Assembly (NCBI GenBank): GCA_002281875.1
Contig: NCHN01000017.1
Span: 8,462 to 72,461 of the forward strand
Source of the DNA: Sphingobacteriia bacterium 24-36-13
GTDB taxonomy: Bacteria; Bacteroidota; Bacteroidia; Chitinophagales; Chitinophagaceae
Reading direction: 5' to 3'
Length of the DNA stretch: 64,000 bases
Shown here: in pieces, positions 47,861-57,517 of the stretch
Layout: every line of letters begins with the position of its first letter
How positions within the stretch are numbered: position 1 is the stretch's first letter
The notes under the pieces: model-generated
What the model was told of the DNA's origin: nothing
What the model saw: the letters and a program-made list of their open reading frames with translations, nothing else
Database searches by the model: none
Position numbers and translations under genes: made by a program

Positions 47861-49252
47861 TTAATTTAATCCTGCTGCTTCCTTAATATCATTCATCAAT
47901 CTTTTTGCAATATTTGCAGCAACGGTTTCACTATTGCTTTCAGCGTAAATTCGAATAATGGGTTCTGTATTGCTACTTCTTAAATGAACCCAATCATTAT
48001 CAAATTCAATTTTAAGCCCATCATCGGTATTAATTGGGTTCTTTTTATACTTCTTTTTAATTTGATCAAAGATGCTTGTTAAATTAACACCTGGTGTAAG
48101 CTCAATCTTATTCTTACTCATAAAATAGTCTGGGTACGTATTTCTGAGTTGTTTGATCGATTTTTTTTCTTTTGCTAAATGAGTTAAAAACAATGCTATT
48201 CCAATTAAAGCGTCTCTTCCATAATGTAAATCTGGTACAATGATTCCTCCATTTCCTTCTCCACCAATTACTGCATTTACTTCCTTCATTTTTGTAACCA
48301 CATTTACTTCGCCCACCGCACTTGCAGAATAAGTGCCACCATGCTTAATGGTAATATCTTTCAATGCACGAGTACTACTCATATTGCTTACGGTATTGCC
48401 TTTTCGATGTTGCAAAATATAATCGGCTACAGCAACCAAAGTATATTCTTCTCCAAACAAGCTTCCATCTTCACATACAAAGCAAAGACGATCAACATCT
48501 GGGTCAACAGCAATACCCATGCTTGCTTTTTGTTTATTTACTTCCTTGCATAAATCTCTTAAGTGTTCAGGTAACGGTTCGGGGTTATGTGCAAACTGGC
48601 CATTTACTTCCCCATTTAAAACGGTATATTTTTTTACCCCTAAAGCAGCTAGCAATGCAGGAACAGCTATTGCCCCAGTGCTATTAATTGCGTCGATAAC
48701 AATAGAGAAATTGGCAGCCTTAATTGCCTCTTTATCTACTAAGGGATAATTTACACAAGCTTCAATATGTTTTTCTAATAAATTTTCACCAATAATGACT
48801 TTTCCTAATTGGTCTACAGAAACAAATTGAAAGTCTTCTTTTGCCGCAATTTCAAGTAGTTGTGTCCCTTCCGCTCCACTTATGAATTCTCCTTTTTGAT
48901 TGAGTAATTTTAAAGCATTCCATTCTTTGGGATTATGGCTTGCAGTTAATATAATGCCCCCTACGGCTTGTTCAGACACTACAGCCATTTCAACAGTAGG
49001 AGTAGTACTTAATCCTAAATTGATTACATCTAACCCCATAGAAATTAGCGTGTTTACTACCAATGCTTGAACCATTTCTCCACTGATTCTACCATCCCTT
49101 CCTATGACTACTTTTTTATTTTGATCATTAGATTTTTTTAGTAAAGTGCCATAAGCAGCCGTAAATCTTACTATATCTAAAGGGCTTAAACTGTCTTCTG
49201 GTTTACCTCCAATAGTACCCCTAATGCCTGAAATGCTTTTTATTAATGCCAT
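47861..49252 (-). CDS. glmM: Phosphoglucosamine mutase
   Basis: MALIKSISGIRGTIGG start at 49252, TASHNPKEWN, AVDPDVDR. The 39-aa upstream extension in the track is rejected. Confidence 0.85.
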   Translation of the reverse strand: MALIKSISGIRGTIGGKPEDSLSPLDIVRFTAAYGTLLKKSNDQNKKVVIGRDGRISGEMVQALVVNTLISMGLDVINLGLSTTPTVEMAVVSEQAVGGIILTASHNPKEWNALKLLNQKGEFISGAEGTQLLEIAAKEDFQFVSVDQLGKVIIGENLLEKHIEACVNYPLVDKEAIKAANFSIVIDAINSTGAIAVPALLAALGVKKYTVLNGEVNGQFAHNPEPLPEHLRDLCKEVNKQKASMGIAVDPDVDRLCFVCEDGSLFGEEYTLVAVADYILQHRKGNTVSNMSSTRALKDITIKHGGTYSASAVGEVNVVTKMKEVNAVIGGEGNGGIIVPDLHYGRDALIGIALFLTHLAKEKKSIKQLRNTYPDYFMSKNKIELTPGVNLTSIFDQIKKKYKKNPINTDDGLKIEFDNDWVHLRSSNTEPIIRIYAESNSETVAANIAKRLMNDIKEAAGLN

Positions 49253-49334
49253 ATCTAAGTGCTTAAACGGCGGCGAATATAATTCAAATTTTTTGTATGA
49301 TTCCGTAACGTAACTTCGTAGTTGAAACATTAAT

Positions 49335-50093
49335 ATGGCAGACAAAGCATGGTTTAAGGATTGGTTCAATTCACCTTACTACCATTTATTATATCAACAT
49401 AGAGATGAAAATGAAGCGGAGCAGTTTATTAAAACATTAATTAGCTATTTAAAACCTGAAAAAGGTGCCACCATGTTAGATATCGCATGTGGAAAGGGGA
49501 GGCACAGTATGGCATTAGCAGAAATGGGTTTTGATGTGACTGGAATAGACTTATCCGAGGCTTCCATTGCTGAAGCTAAATTGGATGAATCAGACCGCTT
49601 GCATTTTTATCAGCATGATATGCGAAGAGGGTTTAGGATAAACTATTTTGATTTTGCATTTAATTTTTTCACCAGTTTTGGTTATTTCAAAACTAGAAGG
49701 GAACACGATAGTGCCATTAGAATGATGGCAGATAGTATTAAACCCGGGGGTATTTTAGTAATTGACTATCTGAATGTTCATTTTGTAGAATCCCAACTAG
49801 CGCCAATTGTTACAACAGAAGTGGAAGAAGTTAAATTTCACATTAGTAAATGGCAAACAGAAGCACATTTCTTTAAACAAATTCAAATTACCGACCAGGA
49901 ACATTCCGCACCTAGGCATCTTTATACAGAGCGGGTTGCCAAGTTTTCTCTGGGTGATTTCAATGATATGCTCAGTTATCAGCATATGCAAATTGAGGAA
50001 GTTTTTGGCAATTATCAGCTTGGTCATTATGATGTAAAAACCTCGCCAAGAATGATTATTGTAGCCAAAAAAATGCAGGAGAAGTTAATATAA
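49335..50093 (+). CDS. Class I SAM-dependent methyltransferase
   Basis: 252 aa, MLDIACGKGRHS (motif I), DLS acidic loop. Confidence 0.75.
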   Translation: MADKAWFKDWFNSPYYHLLYQHRDENEAEQFIKTLISYLKPEKGATMLDIACGKGRHSMALAEMGFDVTGIDLSEASIAEAKLDESDRLHFYQHDMRRGFRINYFDFAFNFFTSFGYFKTRREHDSAIRMMADSIKPGGILVIDYLNVHFVESQLAPIVTTEVEEVKFHISKWQTEAHFFKQIQITDQEHSAPRHLYTERVAKFSLGDFNDMLSYQHMQIEEVFGNYQLGHYDVKTSPRMIIVAKKMQEKLI

Positions 50094-51164
50094 ATTAAAT
50101 CCTAAATATTTAATTAGACTTTCAGGTAGTTTAGGTAATTTTTTACGTTCTATTAAATAAGTTGAAAGTCCAGATAAATCTCTGTAAATATAATGTTTGT
50201 TTAAAGCCCCTTCTAAATATCCTGCACCGGAAGTATTGCCAGTTCCTACACGCATCCCAATCATTCTTCTAACCATAATCAAGTGTTTATGTCTCCAATT
50301 ACTCATCAAATGATCCATTTCAATTAAAGAATCTAGTATTTGATAGGAAGTTTGAAAAACAGGAAAATCTCTGTAAAGCATGATGAATAATGCTGCACGC
50401 ATTGCAGCAGGGCTAAAACTACAGCTAAATAATTGTTTTTGTTCTTCAGTGATTTCAGGGTCAAAATGTTGGAAGAAAACAGCGTCAAAATCTGCTTGCT
50501 TAGATTGTTCTCTTTCAGATAAGCTAGCTGTGTATACTGCTTTATATTGTTTCCAAAATGGGTGATTGATTGGGTTGTTAGAGAGTGGATCATCCCAATA
50601 TGTTTTATCAAAAAATGGCATTCTCTCCAACCAATCGTTTACTAATTGTAACAAGTTTTTGCTATTCTCCGTTTGAGTTATATGCTGATAATCAGGTTGA
50701 GTAAATCCGCCTTCATTGGTTCTTTTATAATAATCTTTTTGATGTCTTTTTTCTAGTTCAAGCCCCAGTTTGGCCTCAATTAATCTAAACTGTTTACTTT
50801 GGAATCCAGAAGATGGAGTTAGCAAGTTTCTAAATGCTAAGAAATCCATAGGAGTCATAGTATCTAAAATATTTACCTGCTGATTTAAAAGCTCTAATAT
50901 TTTGATAATTCGTTTAAATCGATGTCTTACTAGGTTTAAATCTTCTGAATTATCATTAATTACCTCTTTTTGAAAAATAGCCATACAATAATCTAGTTCA
51001 AACAAAATTTGTTTAAACCAAAGTTCATAAGCCTGATGAATAATGATGAATAACATTTCATCATGAGCTGGTTCATTCCCAGTTTCAAAGCTAACAGGGT
51101 GTTGGCTTTGAATAACCTTATCCAACTGTAGATAAGTGCCGTAATACATTGGTTCTTTTTCCAT
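50085..51164 (-). CDS. kynA: Tryptophan 2,3-dioxygenase
   Basis: 359 aa, YGTYLQLDKVIQSQHP...HDEMLFIIIHQAYELWFKQILFELD, characteristic of TDO. Confidence 0.85.
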   Translation of the reverse strand: MEKEPMYYGTYLQLDKVIQSQHPVSFETGNEPAHDEMLFIIIHQAYELWFKQILFELDYCMAIFQKEVINDNSEDLNLVRHRFKRIIKILELLNQQVNILDTMTPMDFLAFRNLLTPSSGFQSKQFRLIEAKLGLELEKRHQKDYYKRTNEGGFTQPDYQHITQTENSKNLLQLVNDWLERMPFFDKTYWDDPLSNNPINHPFWKQYKAVYTASLSEREQSKQADFDAVFFQHFDPEITEEQKQLFSCSFSPAAMRAALFIMLYRDFPVFQTSYQILDSLIEMDHLMSNWRHKHLIMVRRMIGMRVGTGNTSGAGYLEGALNKHYIYRDLSGLSTYLIERKKLPKLPESLIKYLGFNLY

Positions 51165-51231
51165 AAAGCAACGTTAAGCCTCAAATATAGCTTCATTCAT
51201 TCAATTGCAAAAGAACCACTAATTTCGTAGC

Positions 51232-52092
51232 ATGACAGCATCTTCTTTAACTGATCAAATTGTTTTGAAGCAATCTTATTTATGTGTAGGATTAGATTCA
51301 GATATTACCAAATTACCAGTTCACCTAAAAGGAAAACCAGACGGGGTAATTCAGTTTAATAAAGCAATTATTGACGCTACACTCCCTTACTGTGTTAGTT
51401 ATAAAATCAATACGGCCTTTTATGAATCTCAGGGTTTGAAAGGGTGGGAGATAATGAAAGAAACATTGGATTATATACCCCAAACACATTTTACTATTGC
51501 AGATGCTAAAAGAGGAGATATTGGCAACACTTCAAAACAATATGCCAAGGCTTTTTTTGAAGCACTTAATTTTGATGCAATAACGGTTGCACCTTATATG
51601 GGAGAAGATAGTATCAGACCTTTTTTAGAATATGATAATAAAGTAACCATTGTTTTAGGATTGACTTCAAATATTGGGAGCAACGATTTTCAACAATTAC
51701 TTTTAGAAGAATACGACGAGTCATTAACTATGGTGCCTCATATTACACAGGGTTCTGTTGAAAAAAGATTATATGAACATGTATTAGAACGCGTATCAAC
51801 CTGGGGCACTAAAGACAATTTGATGTTTGTTGTAGGTGCAACTCAAGCAACTGAATTAGAACGAATCAGAAATATTGTTCCAGATAATTTTCTATTAGTC
51901 CCTGGTGTTGGGGCTCAAGGAGGAAGCTTAAAAGATGTAAGCAGGTATGGGCTTAATAAAAATATTGGTTTATTAGTTAATGCGAGTAGGGCTATTATTT
52001 TTGCATCGGAAGCAGAAGATTTTGCTATTCAGGCTGCTAATGTTGCGGAAAGTTACCAAAAGGAGATGGCTGGGTATCTGCAAATGATGTAA
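51232..52092 (+). CDS. pyrF: Orotidine 5'-phosphate decarboxylase (long, type 2 form)
   Basis: 286 aa, LCVGLDS, ADAKRGDIGNTS, PGVGAQGG motifs. Confidence 0.88.
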   Translation: MTASSLTDQIVLKQSYLCVGLDSDITKLPVHLKGKPDGVIQFNKAIIDATLPYCVSYKINTAFYESQGLKGWEIMKETLDYIPQTHFTIADAKRGDIGNTSKQYAKAFFEALNFDAITVAPYMGEDSIRPFLEYDNKVTIVLGLTSNIGSNDFQQLLLEEYDESLTMVPHITQGSVEKRLYEHVLERVSTWGTKDNLMFVVGATQATELERIRNIVPDNFLLVPGVGAQGGSLKDVSRYGLNKNIGLLVNASRAIIFASEAEDFAIQAANVAESYQKEMAGYLQMM

Positions 52093-52148
52093 CAAATTTC
52101 AATTGTTATATAACAATGGTTTGGTTGGAGTTAGCCAACTTTACCACT

Positions 52149-52856
52149 ATGAAAATTACAATCGTCAAATTTACCTTTTTTGCATTTGTGGCACTTATTA
52201 TTAACGGATGTGAAACAATTAAACAATCAACTAATCAACAAAGAGGAGTAGCCGTTGGAGCAACTAGTGGCGCTGTAATAGGAGGCGTGTTAGGCAATAA
52301 TATTGGGAATAAAAACAATACTGCATTAGGAGCAATTTTAGGTGCGGCAATTGGAGGAGTTGCTGGTGGAATCATCGGAAACAAAATGGATAAACAAGCA
52401 GCTGAAATAAAAAATGCCATTCCAGGTGCAACAGTAGAAAGAGTAGGAGAAGGAATCAATGTAACATTTGATGAAAAGAATCCTGATGGATCTCAAGCAG
52501 GCGTGTATTTTGCCAATAATCAATATTCAATTAATAATAATTCACAATTGGCTTTAAATAAGTTGAACAATGTTTTTACTGAATATCCTGATACGAATAT
52601 TTTGATAGAGGGGCATACAGATAATACAGGTTCAGCTAGTTATAATATGTCTTTGTCTGAACGTAGGGCAAATGCGGTTGCCAATGCATTGCTAGCAACA
52701 GGTGTTTCTTCTAGCAGAATTACAACCAAATGGTATGGTGAAAGTCAGCCTAAACTAGAAAATACCAGTGATGAAAATAGGGCTTTAAATAGAAGAGTTC
52801 ATTTTGTAATTACTGCAAATGAAAAAATGAAAGCAGAAGCAAAACAAAATCAATAA
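52149..52856 (+). CDS. OmpA-family lipoprotein with glycine-zipper segment
   Basis: Lipoprotein signal MKITIVKFTFFAFVALIINGC, Gly-zipper GAVIGGVLGNNIG..GAILGAAIGGVAGGIIG, OmpA C-domain GHTDNTGSASYNMSLSERRA. Confidence 0.85.
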   Translation: MKITIVKFTFFAFVALIINGCETIKQSTNQQRGVAVGATSGAVIGGVLGNNIGNKNNTALGAILGAAIGGVAGGIIGNKMDKQAAEIKNAIPGATVERVGEGINVTFDEKNPDGSQAGVYFANNQYSINNNSQLALNKLNNVFTEYPDTNILIEGHTDNTGSASYNMSLSERRANAVANALLATGVSSSRITTKWYGESQPKLENTSDENRALNRRVHFVITANEKMKAEAKQNQ

Positions 52857-52860
52857 AATC

Positions 52861-53469
52861 TTATTGGTGAATTTCAATTATTTGATTTGCCAATTTGGTG
52901 GCCCAATGCAAGTGGGTTATTCCAGAATAATGTAACTGATCAGAGGCAAGAGCGGCAGGGTTTTTACTCTCTACTCTTGTTTCTTCAGTTATATTGATGA
53001 ATCTAGTATGGTATTTTTTTGAAAACTGATCGCAAACATGATTATAGGAATCAATTTCAACGCTTATTTCCTTTCCATTTTTATCTGCAGCGTAAGGGGT
53101 ACATCCCCAATCTGGTATAGATAGAACAATTACTCGTTCTGATTTGCCTCCAGTTAAATGAATCGCTTTCTTGAGTAAGTACTCAAAATCATTCCTAAAA
53201 TTATCCAAAGACAAATGCCTGTATTGATTATTCACACCAATTAATAAGCTTACAAAATCATACTGTGGTTGTAATTCTGTTTTAAGTAATTGTTCTGCTA
53301 ATTCAGTACTAGTCCATCCTGTTTGGGCAATAATTTCAGGGGCATGAATCAATATTTTTTGCTTTCGAATGAGTTGGGTAGTAATATAGGGAAATGACTC
53401 ATGCAAGGGAACTGATTCTCCGATAGTATAGGAATCGCCTAATGCTAAGTAGCTGATGGTATGTTGCAT
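52861..53469 (-). CDS. SGNH/GDSL-type hydrolase
   Basis: 202 aa, block I ALGDSYTIGE, block III GVNN, C-terminal DQLHYS (DxxH). Confidence 0.8.
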   Translation of the reverse strand: MQHTISYLALGDSYTIGESVPLHESFPYITTQLIRKQKILIHAPEIIAQTGWTSTELAEQLLKTELQPQYDFVSLLIGVNNQYRHLSLDNFRNDFEYLLKKAIHLTGGKSERVIVLSIPDWGCTPYAADKNGKEISVEIDSYNHVCDQFSKKYHTRFINITEETRVESKNPAALASDQLHYSGITHLHWATKLANQIIEIHQ

Positions 53470-53470
53470 A

Positions 53471-54736
53471 TTAAAAATTGGTTTTCAATATTTCATAAAA
53501 CTTAAATACATCTTCAAAACTGCAATATAAAGGGGCAGGAGCAACCCTAATTACCCCAGGTTCCCGATAGTCTACTATCACACCATTGTCAATTAGTTTT
53601 TGATGAATTTCTTTGGCTCTTTCTTTAAAGTATAAAGATAATTGGGCGCCTCTCTGATCTTTGTCTTCAGGGGTAATAATTTCAAACGAAATTCGGTCTA
53701 ATTGATTTAGCAGATAGGCCAAGTAGGCTGTTAAAACAATACTTTTTTCTCTGATACGATAAATATCTGCCAATTCTATAATTGAAAGCGATGCTTTTAA
53801 TCCAACCATGTTAAACACTTGTGCTGTACTGATATTCCAGCCACTGGCATTGGTTTTAGGAATGAACCCTTTCTCCATTTTAAATCGTTCTTTCTCATCG
53901 TTGCCCCACCATCCTGCAAGCCTAGGAATACTAGGATTTACAGCGTGTTTTTCATGAATAAAAAAGCCACCTACAGCACCTGGTCCTGCATTGAGGTATT
54001 TATAGCTACACCATGCAGCAAAATCCACCTCCCACTCGTGTAAAGAAAGTGGAATATTTCCTGTAACATGCGCTAAGTCAAATCCTGCAATAGCCCCCAC
54101 TTTATGTGCAGCATGAGTAATGGCTTTTAAATCAAAAAATTGACCAGTATAATAATTAATACCGCCAAATAGCACCATTGATAAGATATCTCCTGCTTCT
54201 TCTATAGTGTTGATGATTTGATCTGTACTAAGTGTCTTTTTGCCCTCTAAAGGAGCAATTTCAATAATTGCTTCGGAAGGATTAAGACCAAAATGTTTTA
54301 CCAGTGTTTCAACAGCATATTGGTCAGAGGGAAATGCGCCCGCTTCCATAATAATTTTAAATCGATCTTTAGTGGGCTTATAAAAACTGAGCATTAATAA
54401 ATGCAAATTCACGGTTAAAGCATTCATCGCACTTACTTCCAGTTCTTTTGCTCCAACTAGTTTTGCTAAGCTTGGTTTTAAGTATTCTTGGTAATGCAAC
54501 CAAGGATTGGGCCCATTAAAATATCCACCCACAGCCAATTCTTTCCAAGTGGTTAATTCTGTTTCAACAGCAGCTGCTACCGATTTGGGTTGTAGTCCTA
54601 GTGAGTTACCACAAAAATAGATGGCTGTCTGGCCTTTATGCTGAGGAAAATGAAAAAGATTTTTAAAATCCGAAAGTGGGTCTAGCTTGTCTAGTTGTTT
54701 GGCAAAATCCAATGAAGCTTCAAAATGGGGCAGCAT
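53471..54736 (-). CDS. kynU: Kynureninase
   Basis: 421 aa, FAAWCSYKYLNAGPG (PLP lysine region), IYFCGNSLGLQPK. Confidence 0.88.
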   Translation of the reverse strand: MLPHFEASLDFAKQLDKLDPLSDFKNLFHFPQHKGQTAIYFCGNSLGLQPKSVAAAVETELTTWKELAVGGYFNGPNPWLHYQEYLKPSLAKLVGAKELEVSAMNALTVNLHLLMLSFYKPTKDRFKIIMEAGAFPSDQYAVETLVKHFGLNPSEAIIEIAPLEGKKTLSTDQIINTIEEAGDILSMVLFGGINYYTGQFFDLKAITHAAHKVGAIAGFDLAHVTGNIPLSLHEWEVDFAAWCSYKYLNAGPGAVGGFFIHEKHAVNPSIPRLAGWWGNDEKERFKMEKGFIPKTNASGWNISTAQVFNMVGLKASLSIIELADIYRIREKSIVLTAYLAYLLNQLDRISFEIITPEDKDQRGAQLSLYFKERAKEIHQKLIDNGVIVDYREPGVIRVAPAPLYCSFEDVFKFYEILKTNF

Positions 54737-54844
54737 AATCTTATTTTACCGCAAAGTAAAGCTATCCACCGATTATTTGATAAATGGTGCACAGTTAAAG
54801 CTTGAATCCTTTATTTTGAGCATCCAAAAAATCAATATACTGTT

Positions 54845-57352
54845 ATGAGACTATTCCAAATGTTACTGCTACTACTTTTAAGCGGTTCAGTTATGGCGCA
54901 GCAAACTCCAGTAACCAAAGCGAACTATGCATTGGCAGCTCGATTTTCGCCCAGTAAAGTACAAAAAATGATTTTTAGTTTAAATGTAGATCCGCATTGG
55001 CTAAAAAAGTCTGATCGTTTTTGGTACATGTATGAAACTACCGAAGGGAAAAAATGGTACATAGTAGACGCTGCAAAAGGAGAGAAAAAGCAATTATTCG
55101 ACAATGCTTTACTTGCAGCAAAACTTACTCGTATTACTGATGACCCAATGGATGCTCAACATCTGAAGATTGATAGCATGAAATTCATTAGAGATGAAAA
55201 TTGGATCAGTTTTGAAGTGAAAACAACCAAAGATGTTCCCAAAAAAGATACTGCTGCAAAAAAAGGAACCCCTCCAGTAATGGAAAAAAAGGTATTTTAT
55301 TTTGAATACAATATTTTAAATGGAGACTTGGTTCAGATTACTGATCCTGTGAAGACCAAGCGTAAGCCAATGTGGGCAAGCATTTCACCTGACAGTTCAA
55401 TGGTTGTATTTGGTAAAAACAACAATCTATACTCCATGGATTGGGCAAACTACAAAAAGGCTTTAGTAAATGATAAAGATTCAAGTATTGTAGAAACGCA
55501 GTTAACCAAAGATGGAGTGGAGAATTTTGGTTACCACAATAATGGCAATGGTGAAACCAATGTAGACAGAGAAAAGAACAAAGGGATAAGAAGACCTGCA
55601 TTTATTCTTTGGTCTCCTGATTCTAAATATTTTGTGGTAGACGTAACTGATAATAGAAGGGTAAAAGATCTTTGGGTAATTAATAGTATTGCCGACCCAA
55701 GACCAACTTTGGAAACCTACAAATATTGGATGCCAGGCGAAAAGGAATCTCCTGTTGAACATCTAAGAATATTTGAAGTAGCAACCAAAACAATGAAAGA
55801 AATCAAAACGGGAATGTATAAAGACCAAACAGTTAATGTTTGGAGTACTCCAGCAAAAGTAAGCAGCAGAGATGATGAAGGTCGTCCAAATACCTGGTTA
55901 GGAACAGCAGATAAATTTTATTTTAGTAGAACCAGTAGAGATTTAAAAAGAATTGATATTGGATTAGTAGATGTTAAAACAGCTACTGCTAAAACCTTGA
56001 TTGAAGAGAAAATGAATACTTACGTAGAAATACGTAGAATTGGACTAGTGAACGAAGGGAAAGAATTAATTCAGTGGAGTGAAGATGATGGATGGGGACA
56101 TTTTTATTTATATGATGAGAACGGTAAGTTAAAAAATCAAATTACATCCGGAGCTTGGCATGCGGAAGATATTTTGGCTATTGATGAAAAAGCAAGGGTA
56201 TTGTATTTCTCTGCCAATGGAAAAGAAGCTGGAGAAAATCCCTACTATTTGCACGCTTATAGAGTCAATTTTGACGGAACTGGTTTGAAACTATTAAACC
56301 CAGGCGATTTTGACAATAATGCTTCAATGGATGATAATAAAAAGTATCTAGTAAATACCTATTCAAGGGTTAATACTGTTCCTAAATCTGTTTTATTAGG
56401 TGCGGATGGAAGAAAGATTCTAGACTTGGAAACAGCCGATTTAAGCAATTTAATGGCCGCTGGATACAAGTTCCCTGAAATATTTAAAGCCAAAGCAGAT
56501 GATGGTATTACCGATTTATATGGTGTGATGTACAAACCTTTCGACTTTGATAGTTCTAAGAAGTATCCAATTGTTGAGTATGTTTATCCAGGACCACAAA
56601 CTGAAGCAATGAATACCAGCTTTGGGAGAGGATTTGACAGAACCGATCGCTTAGCTCAGTTAGGTGTAGTTGTAATTACTTTAGGAAACAGAGGTGGGCA
56701 TCCAAGCAGGAGCAAATGGTATCATAATTATGGATACGGCAATTTGCGCGATTATGGTTTGGCTGATAAAAAAGTAGTTGCTGAGCAATTGGCAGATAGA
56801 CATAATTTTTTAGATATTAATAGAGTAGGTATTCATGGCCATTCTGGTGGAGGTTTTATGAGTACTGCTGCAATATTAGTATATCCTGATTTCTTTAAAG
56901 TAGCAGTATCATCTGCAGGTAATCACGATAATGCTATTTATAATAGATGGTGGAGCGAGAAACACCATGGTGTTAAAGAAATTATTAGTGAAAAAGGGGA
57001 TACTACATTCCAATATAATATTGATAAGAACCCTGAATTAGCTAAGAATTTGAAAGGGAAATTAATGTTGTTTCATGGAGAAATTGATAATAACGTTCAC
57101 CCTGCTAATACCATTCGTGTAGCCAATGCTTTAATTAAAGCCAATAAGCGCTTTGACATGAAAATTTTACCAACTCAAAGACATGGATTTGGTAATATGA
57201 CTGAATATTTCTTTTGGGGAATGAGCGACTATTTTGCTCAACACTTAATTGGGGATAAAACAGAACGTCCGGTAGATTTAGAAGAAATGAATAGAGATAT
57301 TCCACAGAATAGCAAAACTGGAGTTGTAGGTGGTGGATTTGGTAGGAGATAG
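54845..57352 (+). CDS. S9 family peptidase with DPP-IV-type N-terminal beta-propeller
   Basis: 835 aa, signal peptide, GIHGHSGGGF nucleophile elbow, FHGEIDNNVHP, QRHGF. Confidence 0.85.
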   Translation: MRLFQMLLLLLLSGSVMAQQTPVTKANYALAARFSPSKVQKMIFSLNVDPHWLKKSDRFWYMYETTEGKKWYIVDAAKGEKKQLFDNALLAAKLTRITDDPMDAQHLKIDSMKFIRDENWISFEVKTTKDVPKKDTAAKKGTPPVMEKKVFYFEYNILNGDLVQITDPVKTKRKPMWASISPDSSMVVFGKNNNLYSMDWANYKKALVNDKDSSIVETQLTKDGVENFGYHNNGNGETNVDREKNKGIRRPAFILWSPDSKYFVVDVTDNRRVKDLWVINSIADPRPTLETYKYWMPGEKESPVEHLRIFEVATKTMKEIKTGMYKDQTVNVWSTPAKVSSRDDEGRPNTWLGTADKFYFSRTSRDLKRIDIGLVDVKTATAKTLIEEKMNTYVEIRRIGLVNEGKELIQWSEDDGWGHFYLYDENGKLKNQITSGAWHAEDILAIDEKARVLYFSANGKEAGENPYYLHAYRVNFDGTGLKLLNPGDFDNNASMDDNKKYLVNTYSRVNTVPKSVLLGADGRKILDLETADLSNLMAAGYKFPEIFKAKADDGITDLYGVMYKPFDFDSSKKYPIVEYVYPGPQTEAMNTSFGRGFDRTDRLAQLGVVVITLGNRGGHPSRSKWYHNYGYGNLRDYGLADKKVVAEQLADRHNFLDINRVGIHGHSGGGFMSTAAILVYPDFFKVAVSSAGNHDNAIYNRWWSEKHHGVKEIISEKGDTTFQYNIDKNPELAKNLKGKLMLFHGEIDNNVHPANTIRVANALIKANKRFDMKILPTQRHGFGNMTEYFFWGMSDYFAQHLIGDKTERPVDLEEMNRDIPQNSKTGVVGGGFGRR

Positions 57353-57377
57353 TTTTTATTCAACTATTTAAATAAGG

Positions 57378-57409
57378 TCCCCGTCAATTATTTTATTGAC
57401 GGGGATTTT
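57378..57409 (+). terminator. Intrinsic terminator after the S9/DPP-IV-like gene
   Basis: TCCCCGTCAAT (57378-57388) / TATTTT / ATTGACGGGGA (57395-57405): an 11-bp perfect stem followed by TTTT. Confidence 0.85.
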
Positions 57410-57478
57410 GTTTAATAAAGCATTGGTATTATTTCATAGGAATTAATCGGATAAACTATTTCGGGTAATTTAAAATTG

Positions 57479-57486
57479 TATTTTTG
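57479..57486 (+). promoter_or_regulatory. Candidate -7 box (TAnnTTTG) for the gcdH-aroK-DUF423 unit
   Basis: TATTTTTG is an exact match 32 nt upstream of the ATG at 57518. Only an imperfect TTTC sits near -33. Confidence 0.3.
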
Positions 57487-57517
57487 CAACATTCTTTTAG
57501 ACTTAAAATAAAGTGCG

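Noticed and set aside
49253-49369. 39-aa N-terminal extension of glmM overlapping the divergent methyltransferase start
   Set aside because: GlmM proteins start at about M-x-LIKSISGIRG. The ATG at 49252 gives exactly that and removes the overlap with the gene starting at 49335.
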